A stretch of 64,000 bases of DNA from contig NW_003314344.1 of the NCBI RefSeq assembly GCF_000143415.4, positions 380,336-444,335 of the forward strand, given 5' to 3'. The position numbers and the translations under genes are program-made. Below the pieces are notes generated by a model. That model was not told the origin of the DNA, ran no database searches, and saw nothing but the letters and a program-made list of their open reading frames with translations. This document shows positions 11,924-23,100 of the stretch, in pieces. How positions within the stretch are numbered: the stretch's first letter is position 1; every line of letters begins with the position of its first letter. Origin of the DNA: Selaginella moellendorffii (Eukaryota > Plantae > Lycopodiophyta).

Positions 11924-13845
11924 ACACGCTTGAACGTCACATCAAATCCTCTGGCAAACCAGATCTTATGATTCCTCTGACAAATTTCAAACTGAGTAGC
12001 TTCTAGACTTTGCTGTCGGAGGTTGAACTTTGTCACATCATGTCCTTGCCTCGATCCAGCTGTGCCATGTCAGTGATTCGAACTTTGCCATGCCACGTCA
12101 GCGATCCGCGCCAAGATTATTCGCCATGTAAAGGAATAATTATGCTGTGTGTGTACGTCCATTTATGGCAATATAAGGCCACACACCATTCAAAGAATAA
12201 TGCTAGTCGAGCATTTTTTGGTGCATTTTTTGGTTCAAAATTGCATGAGCCCACACGCTATAAAGTTTACCTGTACCAAAAATAGAAACAGCTTTATTTA
12301 CTTGGGAATTTAAGTGGTTGAGGCATTTTTAAACTTACAAACACATGCCCTACTTACATTCCTTTGGTTGCTTAAAATTCAAAAATATTATAAACCTTTC
12401 TTTTTGCATTTTCAATGTTTTCAATTATGGTTTTTGATTTTCGCAGGACTAGCCTAGTAATCTATTTGCATCCCGTCATGTTTATAGCTAGCTTTCGTTT
12501 GTCCCCTTCGCTAGCCTGAGATACATCTGCTTGGCATCTGCCTCTTACAGCATTTGCCCAGAAAGGGCATCTTTCTTCACACAGCATTTGCCACATGTTT
12601 AGGGTTTAGGGTTTAAGGTTTAGCAATTCAGTAGCTTGATAAACATGCAAATACAGAACTTGATGCAAAATCCTTTGATATGTCACAATGCCCCTAGGAC
12701 CATAAACACATTTCAATAGAGAGGGTCCTTTCATTTCATAACTCCTTACGTAGATCTTGGTGAAACTAAAGTTAGTGAAGTTAGTTTTTTGTGATCCCGC
12801 ATCTGATTGTGATGTCCCTTTGCAGTGTCGATGGAAAGGTCAATGCACACCAAACTGTAAAATCTTGGAGCAAAATAACGGTCGGATCTATGGCAAATGC
12901 CCCTGAAATATTGTAAGGCTCGTGTGGTCTCATATGGTGTCTGATCGAGATCCTTCTTTGCAGGGTCATCAAGAAAGACATTGTATACCATTCTGTAAAA
13001 TCTAGTTGTGATCTAACGGTTGGATCTCCAGAAAACTCAAAAAAATCTCGCGCATGTCAGAATATTCTAGGAATATACTCCTATGTGCCCCTGAAAATGG
13101 CATGCGGCCCCACGCCATTCAAGAGATAACGCCAAATGACGCCGAGCATTTTTTGGTGCATTTTTTGGGATCAAAATTGCATGAGCCCACACGCTTGAAC
13201 GTCACATCAAATCCTCTGACAAACCAGATATTATAATTCCTCTGACAAATTTCAAACTGAGTAGCTTCTAGACTTTGCTGTCGGACGTTGAACTTTGTCA
13301 CATCATGTCCTTGCCTCGATCCAGCTGTGCCATGTCAGTGATTCGAACTTTGCCATGCTATGTCAGCGATCCGCGCCAAGATTATTCGCCGTGTAACTGC
13401 TCGGCATCTGCCTCTTACAGCATTTGCCCAGAAAGGGCATCTTTCTTCACGCAGCATTTGCCACATGTTTAGGGTTTAGGGTATAGCAATTCAATAGCTT
13501 GATAAACATGCAAATACAGAACTTGATGCAAAATCCTTTGATATGTCAGGACTATAAACACATTTCAATAGAGAGGGTCCTTTCATTTCATAACTCCTTA
13601 CGTAGATCTTGGTGAAACTAGAGTTAGTGAAGTTAGTTTTTTGTGATCCCGCATCTGATTATGATGTCCCTTTGCAGTGTCGATGGAAAGGTTAATGCAC
13701 ACACAACTGTAGAATCTTGGAGCAAAATAACAGTCAGATTTATGGCAAATGCCCCTGAAACATTGTAAGGCTCGTGTGGTCTCATGTGGTGTCCGATCGA
13801 GATCCTTCTTTGCAGGGTCATCAAGAAGGACATTGTATACCATTC
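11924..13845. repeat. Internal direct duplication in the spacer between the two transposon genes
   Basis: 11924-12129 matches 13188-13393, and 12531-12993 matches 13403-13845 at high identity. Both copies contain TTTAGGG repeats (12598-12623, 13468-13481). Confidence 0.9.
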
Positions 13846-14737
13846 TTTATTTAGCTGAACATTTGGCATTTTTGGAAATACAAGATGCTTTGGAATATCC
13901 AATCATGCATGGTATAAATATAGCGAGGGTATTAAATGATATCCCAATCATGATCTTTCTTTTGGATTTCGCGTGCATGCAGTCCGAGGAATGATGATGT
14001 TGCGGATTTCTTTTAGATTTCACGTGCATGCATGCGCGCGGCGATCCAGAAATTAATGGTGGCGCCCAAGTCCGAGGAATGATGACGTTGCGGGATTACC
14101 AACCGTCGTGACATTTCGCGCGTGTGAGATTAGGTTTTGCATTTTGCTTCGTACTCGTGCTTGCATCGCGCTCCCACTCGCGATCACGCTCACATTCGCG
14201 CTCATCTACCTTCTCTACAGGTTTCTCGTGTGCATCGGCGTCCACTCGCGCTTGCATCACACTCGCGCTTGCATCGCGCTCGTGTGCATCGGCGTCCACT
14301 TCAAGACACACCCAGTTTGTAACTTCGCCGCCAACTTCGCCACCCACACGCAGCCCACTTGGCATCCCGGGAGATTTCAGCGCCACTCTCCAACTGTAAG
14401 TGGCAGAGTAGCCTTGCTGCTACGATCCGCTACACACATAGTGCACATTCGCTAGCGAGTCTGGCCTTGATTGTCACGCCTCCATTCGGCTTCAAATGGT
14501 AAGTCTTTTAGGCCAAGTAGAAAATGGCATGAGGCCACATGCCATTCAGTAGCAACATTGGCATGCACCGATTGGGCTCTCGAGTGCAGTCCGGTTACAG
14601 ATGGCGTGTAGCCTCACGCCATCTTAGGATGCAGCCTCAAGACATCTGATGCAGTGGTGAATGGCGTGTGGCCTCACGTTATTTCCAGTTGCTAGCTTTT
14701 CATCTGTCAACTCTAATTGTTGTGCATTTCTGAACAG

Positions 14738-17700
14738 GTGAGGAATTGCGTTCTTCTTCCAGCCACTGTCAATGTGGATGCAGAGAAGGGGGAGGAGCTC
14801 ACCAGTTGGACTTTCGGGATGGAAGGCGAGGATCTGAGGCTGTACAATACAGATGGTGGGAGAAAAGAATGCATGGGGATCCTCATCCAAGTGACAGACA
14901 CTCCATGCAGTTCCATGCAAGAATATGGACTGGCACTTGTGGTAGAAACAGCGTCCGCCTTCAAGATCCACCTTGCACATCCTAGCGGCTTCCCGGAGGG
15001 GGGCAGCGGCTATGAGGAATTCCTAGAGGGAGATAGGGAGAGGTTGCTCTGGGTTCAACTAAAGAAGCCACAAAAACCAGAACAAGGATGTGCACTAGCA
15101 ACTAGCGCCTGGCAGGTAAGCCTCGTTGCATGTGGCATAGCATGTGGCCTCACGCCATTTCCATTGCAGGAATTCTCGAGTTTTCTCTCGAAAACACTGG
15201 GGGTCAATGACACACTCAGCATCCATAACATTCTACTCGCGACAAAAGTTGTTTTTAACAAATGGGTAGATGTGTTGAGGAAGTACCATGACGGGGAGTT
15301 GCTAAACTCAATGGGTGTGGAGGACGGCCGGAAGCCCAATGATTTGAAGCTCAACGCCTTGCGTTTCTCGCGGTCTCTAGACGACGACGACCTTCTGACA
15401 GTGGCTAATGCTCTTCTACGTGGTGAGGTAGTCTTCAACAAGACCAAAATGACTCCCGGCCATATTGTGACATAGGAGGACTTGTGCACGACTCTGAGAG
15501 CTCATGCGCTATTGAAGGATTGGATCTTCGAGCAAGTGGCCGTGGAGAGGGTGAGCATCGACACCACGCAAGAGATGATGGAAGAGCTGGAGTTGTCAAA
15601 TGAAGACATCGACGAGTACGTGAAGGGGGCCCCCAAGTTCATCGATCTGCTGCGGGATGCCACGAAAAGTAAAGCTGAGAAGTTGGATCAGTATCCAAAT
15701 TTCATTAAAAGGGATGTCGACCGCCGGCTTCAGAAACAGCTCGACCCCGCAGCAGAGGCCTATCGAGAACCTTACTGGGTATACGTGAATTCGGATGAGG
15801 ATCAAAGGTGGAGGAGCATCGTTTCCCGCGGAGATGAGCAGGTCAAGAACATCTTTTGTGTGATGAACTTCACAAATGAGGAGATCACTCATGCAGACGA
15901 AGTCAGCTCCATCATTGACTTAATGGTGGGACTTGCGGAGGTGGAATCGTGAGTCCACTATATGATCTACGACTCCGAATCCTATCACAAGTTCTGGAAG
16001 GCCTTGAACGAGGTGAAGGCTCGGTTGAAAGGCAAGGAGATGCGGGAGATCCATGGGATAATGGCTAAGAAGAAGATACCGACGAATGTCCGCATCTTCA
16101 CACTTGCCCTTGTTATTAGTCTTGTAGCAGAGTGGGACTGGAGTGACTTCCCAGCTTCATTCGACAAGGCCGATCGAATTGATCTGAGGGAGGTCAATTT
16201 ACCCGTGCCTGAGGAACTGAAGATGGCTATAGAGCTTTCGAATCCAAAGAAAGCTCCAGGTGCAGCATGGGAAATGCTCAGCTGGGTCTTCAACGCAATA
16301 GCGGGTGGGTCACCTACTTCCGACTCCAAGGGCAAATGCGTTGTCGAGTACAACTGCGGCAGACTATTCTTTTGAGCCGCACTACTCAAGGGTGTCCCGT
16401 GTGTTGCGGTGACAAACTCCATTGAAGAGGTGACTTCAATGGAGCATATAATTACAGTTGCCAAAGAAAAACAGTATTTTCTCTGTGAATCTGGTGAGTA
16501 CGCACTTTAAGTTTAAATGTTATCTCACAAGCTCTGTATGCAGGAGCGTGGCCACCCCCAGATGCTGAAACGGCGTTAACAGCTACTGTTGAAGATACCC
16601 ATGTTGGGCCGAGCTCACAACCTGCACAAGGTAAGGTCACGTGAGGCCTCACGCCATTTTGATTATAGATCGTTGTGAATATTCAGACACGAGGACTGAA
16701 AAGCGCACTGGTGGCGCATCGAAGAAGGATAAACAGACAAGCAATAGGAAAAAAGGAGGTACAAATTATATTTGCAATGGCGTGTGGTCTCATGCCATTC
16801 CTTGCAGGAGACACTTCTTCAAAGGCAAAACAGGCAAGCACCAGCCAAACTCAAACTGACAGTGGTCATAAAAAGCGAAAGCACGTTGGACAGTCGTCGG
16901 GATCAGAGGCGTTTGATTCGAAAAGGAAGAAGGGCAACGAAAAGATGATAGGTAATGTCTCGCGGTTATGGCGTGTGTGCTCATGCCATTCATTGCAGAT
17001 CAAGGGCTAAGTGAAAGCAGCCAATCACCACCTCCTGACTCAGATTCCTATGGCGGACTCCCCTTCCCCAATCTCAATGGAGAGGTACAATGGATGAGGG
17101 ATGCTTTTCAAGTCAGGGCCACGTTTTTCTCATCTCATCATCTTCGAAGGGTGCAAGAACGTGCAGAAACCATGTTAAGACAGTCGGGTGAGGATACGGT
17201 CCTAGGTCACGCACTAAAACAAGCTATGGATGTCTTGTATTTTGAGATGGAGACTCGGCCAGATGATTTTCCCAAGATGGTCCTGGAAGAACAAGCCATC
17301 TAGCCTGAGCAGCCTATGGAAGAAATGCAGGAGGGGGATGAGGAGCCAGAGAAAGATAATGAGCAGGAAGAGCAGAAGGACGAAGAGGAGGACAAAGAAG
17401 AGGAGGACGAAGAAGAGGAGGACGAAGAAGAGGAGGACGAAGAGGACTTGGATGGTCCTCACAATGGTGACGATCACAATAACGACGACGACGATGATGA
17501 CGACGATGGCCAGCCTGAGGTGGCCAAAGAGCAGCGGAGGAAGGTCATACAAGGTAAACCATCAGGTAAATAATAGTACATCCATTCCTAACCTTTTACC
17601 ATTTCTAACATTGTCCATGTAGGTCGCAGAGCAAATGGTAAGTAGAGATTATTCAGTTGAATTAAGATACAAACTCTAGCCTTTAGTGTCGAGGAAGGAT

Positions 17701-18958
17701 AGTGCTAAGCAAGGGTCAAAACGTATGTCCAATCCTTCAGAATCAGCAATGCGCCCAAGTGATATCGGTCCTAGTTCCTCAATAGTAGTTGATGGTAAAT
17801 ACAGTATAGTCGATTCAATGTGCTAATGGCACCAGCTGAAATGGCGTGTGATCACATGCCATCGGAACCACCCCATGCCACTATTGAGCCAGTTGTACCA
17901 GAGTCTACAGCTGAAATGGCATGTGCCCACACGCCATCGAATGCGATTGACCCCACATTGCAGAGGAGAGTATTTCCGCCCTTCACGTTTCCTCGACCAA
18001 AACCCTCTCAACGACCATCGGGAGCACCATTCGCTAATATTGTAGATGGTAAAATTGACTTGTACCATTTTTTATGCTGACGCATTTCATTTTAGAGTCA
18101 CGGCGAAGGTACTGTATCGTTTTTGATTTGAACGGTGTCCTTTTCTCCCATGAGCGTGGCTCATCCTCGAATGTCACTGCACCCTCCAAAGCCTGCGGTC
18201 GCAAGTTGGTCAAAAGAGACAGATTCACATTAATCACACGGGAGAAACTGCGGGATCTAATAATGACCATGCGACACTTAAAACAGAGGGCCGGGTTCAA
18301 TTTGCAATTGGGAGTTTGGACATCCATGATGCGCCACAATGCATTAACGTTGCTACAGATGATGCACGATCAAACGCGAGTAATATTACCATTTGACTTT
18401 CTCCTAACGCAGGAGGATTGCTTGACTATGGTCCATGTGAGGGGTAGCAAGCCCATCTTCGTCAAGCCAGAGGCTGTAGTGATGAACCGGACTGCTAGCT
18501 CAAGTGAAATCCTCATCATCGATGACTCGCCGATTAAAACTGCAGCGAACACGCACACATATGCAGTGCACCCCATCTCTTGCAGTATGGAAACTAGGGA
18601 GAAGAAACCGTATGTTCTGGGGGACCTTGCAAAACGGCTTGGAGCGATGGTGATAGAGAACTGGCCAGTCCAGGAGGTGGCTGCAGAAGTCAACCAAATG
18701 GCAGATGGAACGGTATATCAGAAGCCATTTGATCGGACAGACACCAGTCATCATTTATGGCATGTATATTGTCTAGCCAAGCACTATCCGCATCTCCATA
18801 ATCTGCTCAACCGGATGGGTTCTTCGACCACTGAACATGAGCGTGGACGTATTAGAGAAGAGATGGCATTACTATTGGGTTTAAATCCTGATAGTGTGGA
18901 GAGTGATGAAATTCCAAGATTATTGTATAGGCATTGGAGGCAAAAAATAACAGTTTGA
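14738..18958 (+). pseudogene. Transposon cargo gene: helical region, degenerate MTase-like fold, acidic linker and FCP1/NIF-type HAD phosphatase domain
   Basis: ORFs 14717-15475, 15482-15952 and 15962-16375 are in frame across single stops. The motif KKAPGAAWEMLSWVF...KGKCVVEYNCGRLFF*AALLKGVPCVAV is MTase-like. Phase-1 introns (16494-16543, 16631-16686, 16759-16807, 16952-16998, 17554-17622, 17638-17686, 17795 to 17835 or 17910, 18049-18095) chain in frame into 18096-18958. Confidence 0.6.
18074..18958 (+). CDS. FCP1-homology (NIF/HAD) phosphatase-like domain, open terminal exon
   Basis: CIVFDLNGVL (motif I, DLNG variant), LGVWTSMMRHN (motif II), LLTQEDC, KPIFVK, ILIIDDSPIKTAAN (motif IV). 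Confidence 0.85.
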   Translation: MLTHFILESRRRYCIVFDLNGVLFSHERGSSSNVTAPSKACGRKLVKRDRFTLITREKLRDLIMTMRHLKQRAGFNLQLGVWTSMMRHNALTLLQMMHDQTRVILPFDFLLTQEDCLTMVHVRGSKPIFVKPEAVVMNRTASSSEILIIDDSPIKTAANTHTYAVHPISCSMETREKKPYVLGDLAKRLGAMVIENWPVQEVAAEVNQMADGTVYQKPFDRTDTSHHLWHVYCLAKHYPHLHNLLNRMGSSTTEHERGRIREEMALLLGLNPDSVESDEIPRLLYRHWRQKITV

Positions 18959-19400
18959 GATGGCATGTATTTATTTAAAAATGTAACTTATTATGGCATG
19001 GGGTTCCATGCCATTGTATTAATATTAAAAGACAATTCTTTGAGAGGATTTGCATTATACTAGAAGTGTTACAGCATGTTATTGGAAGTCTACGAAGTTG
19101 TTTTATTAATAAGGGGAAAGTAAAGATTGAATGGGGACTTGGGCTCCACCTAGACTCGGAGCAACTGAGCCAATATTAAAAGGATGGAAAGAAATTGGAC
19201 GACGATGACAAAGAGAAGAGAGAGGTGAAGCAGTGGCAGGGGGAGGAGAAGTGATTGAGTAGACATTTCCTTGTTTAAAATAAAATGGCATGTGCCTTAA
19301 TGCAGTTGAATTTTGTTATATTTATATACTATATAAAGGTTTGGAAACCTTATTTTACAAGTGGGATAATGACAATTCCCACTTTAACGAAATAGAGCTT

Positions 19401-19990
19401 GCACCAGGGAAAAAAAAAAAGAAGAAAAGAAGAAATTCCCTTGGCACTGGGAAGATCAGTTCGTCGCCGAACCGATCTTCACAGCACCAAGGGAACAAAA
19501 AAAAAGAAGAAAAGAAGAAGTTCCCTTGGTGCTGGGAAGATCAGTTTGTCGCCGAACCAATCTTCCCAGCACCAAGGGAAAAAAAAAAGAAGAAAAGAAG
19601 AAGTTCCCTTAGCGCTGGGAAGATCGGTTCGTCACCGAACCGATCTTCCCAGCACCAAGGGAAAAGAAAAAGAAGAAAAGAAGAAGTTCCCTTGGCGCTG
19701 GGAAGATCAGTTCGTTGCTGAACCAATCTTCCCAGGACCAAGGGAAAAAAAAAAGAAGAAAAGAAGAAGTTCCCTTGGCGCTGGGAAGATCAATTCGTCG
19801 CCAAACCGATCTTCCCAGCACCAAGGGAAAAAAAACAGAAGAAAAGAAGAAGTTCCCTTGGCGCTGGGAAGATCGGTTCGTTGCCGAACTGATCTTCTTA
19901 GCGCCAATGGAACGACAAGAAACAAAAAAAAAACCCAAAACCTGATGTGCTGGGAAGATTGGTTCGCTGCCAAGCTGATCATTCCAGCAC
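19401..19990. repeat. Hairpin tandem array, ~84-bp unit (right half)
   Basis: Same unit and orientation as 6464-6846. About six units (near 19434, 19519, 19602, 19685, 19768, 19851) plus a degenerate one. Confidence 0.95.
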
Positions 19991-20173
19991 GAAGTAGCCA
20001 TGAGGCACAAATTACTTGCAAGCTAGGAGCAAAAGATGGGGAGATGGAAAAGCAGCAGAGAGAGGCATACCTTGATTGAGGAGTGTCTTTCTAGTGTCTT
20101 GAAGAGCATCTAACATCTAGATTGAGAAGCATCTTGAAGCATTCAAGCGTTTTTCTCTTGCCCTTCCTTGCTC

Positions 20174-20270
20174 AAACCCTAGCAGTAAAACCCTAAAAAT
20201 TAACGGTCACAATCAATGGTCATGATCAATGGTCATGATCAACGGTCACGATCAATGGTCACAATCAATT
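20174..20270 (-). promoter_or_regulatory. Putative promoter/TSS region of the ParB-MTase gene: telo-boxes and 13-bp tandem repeat
   Basis: AAACCCTA occurs twice (20174-20194). (ATCAA(T/C)GGTCA(C/T)G)-like repeats run 20203-20268. A minus-strand donor-like site lies near 20070. Confidence 0.35.
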
Positions 20271-21454
20271 TTTTAACAGTACTTGGACAAATCCATTATG
20301 AACATAGATTTCATGTGTTCTTTCCAAGGAGACAATCATTCAATGCTTTAGATATTAATTGTAAAATTGATTGTGAGAGGAATAATACTGTTGAAATGAA
20401 TGGGGTTATGAGCAAGAGGCATTGATTAATTGCGAGAGTTGTAGCATTAATTGCTTATTCTCCCTTTCATCTCCATGTTCTTTTCCCTTCAAAAGAGTTT
20501 CATTCTTTTGTGATAAGTGAGAGAGACTTAAGCTCGAAAAAGTTGGTTCATGCGCCGCCCAAGGAGCGAAGGGACAAGAGCCCGGAGCAACTTGGAACAG
20601 TCATGGAACAACTAGCATCCCAATGCCAGGACTAGCACACAAAATGGAGCCAAATGGAGTCTAGCGCTATTTTGGCATACCGGTAGCCTAACGTGAGGAT
20701 ATGGGTACTCCACCAGCTAACATGGAATGGAACTTGGGCTTAGATCCAAGCCGGATGCAGAACAAAGATAAGCACGCAAGTGGGAGCTAAACTATGCCTC
20801 AGGTTGGTCGGCCATACCCGACCTACCCACTATCCCTACTATACATTTGGAAGCCCCACAGCCCCCTCCCACCCCCCTGAGGAACACACGCTTTGGGCTT
20901 TCACCCCAAGCCTCCCTTAGTATCAGGAATTAGTCTCTGGGACAAGCTCGAAACTTACTAAATATGGAATGGCGCTAGAATGTGAATTTGGACACGGGAT
21001 AAACACCATTGTGTTCAGGCTGATCTCTACATTCCGTAGATATGCCAAATAGAAAATCTAGACACTTTCCATAATTAGCATTTGGGACCAAATTGAGACT
21101 AACACAAAAGGGCATGATAGCGAGGGTGTTTGGCAGACACGGTAAACTATCATCCGGTGATATTGAGGGACTAATCTCAATACGCGATTGTCAAGCCAGT
21201 GCAAGACAGAGCAAAAGAGAACTAAGAGCCAAGACAAGTATGCTTAACTAGAAACACATAAGAGTTCCTACTTTATGTCCATCTGGCTAAGTATAGGTGC
21301 TAAGCCCAATTTACTAACACTTGAACAAAAGGGACTAATAAAGGAAACTAGCAATACCGACCTCTTGCCATCGTGGCAATAAGGTAAGAGTGTCCATAAG
21401 GACTGGCCGACAGGTAACTTTCGATACCTGAAGTCACATTTGTGACATGTTTGG

Positions 21455-23100
21455 TCAAATATAACCTTTATCAAGAAGCTCTATGAGTTGCTTCTTGAGT
21501 TCAGCCATCTCCTTGATGTTCAAATGATATAGAGCTTTCGTAGGTGGTTTAGAACCTGGAATAACCTCAATCCGATGATCAACCTCACGGCTAGGAGGTA
21601 GCCTTGGCAGCAAATCCTTTGGGAAGATATCTTGATTCCGCGCCAACAACTCTAATATCTTCTTTGGTACAGAATCAACTCCGTCACCAATTCAATCTGA
21701 GTCACCCACACCCTCAACTTCTATCACTTGAACCCAAAAGGTCCAACACCCCTTCTTAGCTGCTTTTTGAGTGGCAGTCACAGTCAAGAACTTTGCATCC
21801 CAATCCTTTGAGGAGCGCTTTTGCAACTGGAAGAACACATCGGGACATCCTTCAGACTTTAACATAATACGACTTTGTCCAGCACTGTAGCGCACCTTAT
21901 CTCTCTCCCCTTAAACCAACTAGAAAAGGGGTAATTGCTTGATGAGATGCTTATCCCCCAAGGTTCCAAGGATCCATGGTGACAGTATATCCAAATCTCA
22001 TCCCATGATCACATGCGCTACAAGCACCATAAATCCCTTTTATATATCTGTTGAAGAAATCTATACTAAACACTATCTGAAAATCTAGTATCTTCAACAC
22101 TACCATGTCCACTCTTTCTTTCCACTTAGATATTTTTATTGGAACATCACTCACAAACTTTTTGGCTACTTACCCATCTTCCGCAAACCGGAAGTGCATA
22201 GGCGACATTTGCTCAACATTCAATCTTAACAACTTAACTAAGTCTTCGGATATCACATTGTGCATAGCTCTCATATCAATCATCACTCGGATTCAGTGTT
22301 TGCGGACAAAGCCTACCAGATACATCAACGAATCAGTGTTTGCATTGACTGTGAGAAAAGCTTGAGCAAAGCAACGAAAGTAACTCACCTCCTCTTCCTC
22401 ATAGTCTGCATTGACCAACTCGTCAACCCCTTCAGCATCACCACCACCATCTTCCCTTATGACATTAACACAAAACTTTGTATTATACTTGTTGGGCATT
22501 TTGAGGACCTATATCCTGACTCTCCACAATGGAAGTAATGACCCACACTACCTGTTCCACTAAGAGCAGGTTTCACAAGTTGCTACTGCTTGTACCCACC
22601 AAGAGGAGGAATAGAGGGCCTAGGACTAAAAGAAGCTGTTGGTGGTCTCCAACCACCACCACTTTTGTTAACTGTTGCTTGTGAGCCTCTAGGGTGGAAC
22701 CTTCCTTCCACCCTCTATTTTCGATCACTTTGTTTATTCCTAGAATTCTTATTCTTGTCTGAGGTACTAGCATATGGCTGCTAATATTGCTCCATGAGTG
22801 AGTGACTATAGGCAACTTGCTGTGTTGCCTCTTCGGCTTAAACTTCAAAATCTCATTACGAGAAAGTGAATTTAAACCCTCTAGGAAATAACTTCGAGCA
22901 TCTTTGTCACTCATATTTGCAATCATAATGTGCTTTTAAACAAACGCATTAACATAATGCATAAGGTCCCCTCGCTACTTTAACCGCCGCAGCTTCGTGT
23001 GAAGTCTCAAACCAAGGTCATTTGGCAAGTATTCCTTACGGATACGAGATTGCATCTTGGTTCAACTTCTAGTCTGCCCTTTTTCAGCACACACCTAGCA
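21455..23100 (-). mobile_element. Truncated, degenerate Ty3/gypsy gag-protease-RT-start remnant
   Basis: LPPSREVDHRIEVIPGSKPPTKALYHL...ELKKQLIELLDKGYI (21455-21649). Gag-like MSDKDARSYFLEGL (22573-22926). Many stops. Confidence 0.8.
21886..22022 (-). mobile_element. Solo LTR of the TRIM family seen at 46097-46771
   Basis: TGTAGCG...CGCTACA ends, perfect 5-bp TSD AGCAC, and the sequence matches the TRIM LTRs. Confidence 0.92.

Larger units (their letters stand above)
6847..19400. mobile_element. 12.55-kb TIR DNA transposon with Sola-like DDD transposase and cargo gene
   Basis: GCTCTATTTCGTTAAAGTGGGA (6849-6870) is the exact reverse complement of 19377-19398. The element is flanked by GCAC (6843-6846, 19401-19404), and removing it restores the array unit CCCAGCACCAGGG. 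A transposase lies inside. Confidence 0.9.

Noticed and set aside
12598-12623. Telomere or chromosome-end remnant
   Set aside because: Only 3-4 imperfect units inside a transposon, better read as telo-box-like motifs.
8756-17303. Stop-codon readthrough or alternative genetic code for the in-frame stops
   Set aside because: All three stop types occur and host genes use the standard code. Mutational decay is simpler.
6464-19990. The two arrays as LTRs or direct terminal repeats of one element
   Set aside because: The TIRs and TSD show a single array split by an insertion.
2946-20500. Termini of a host transposon enclosing the ParB-MTase gene
   Set aside because: I could not find convincing TIRs or a TSD, so the mobility of that gene remains an inference.
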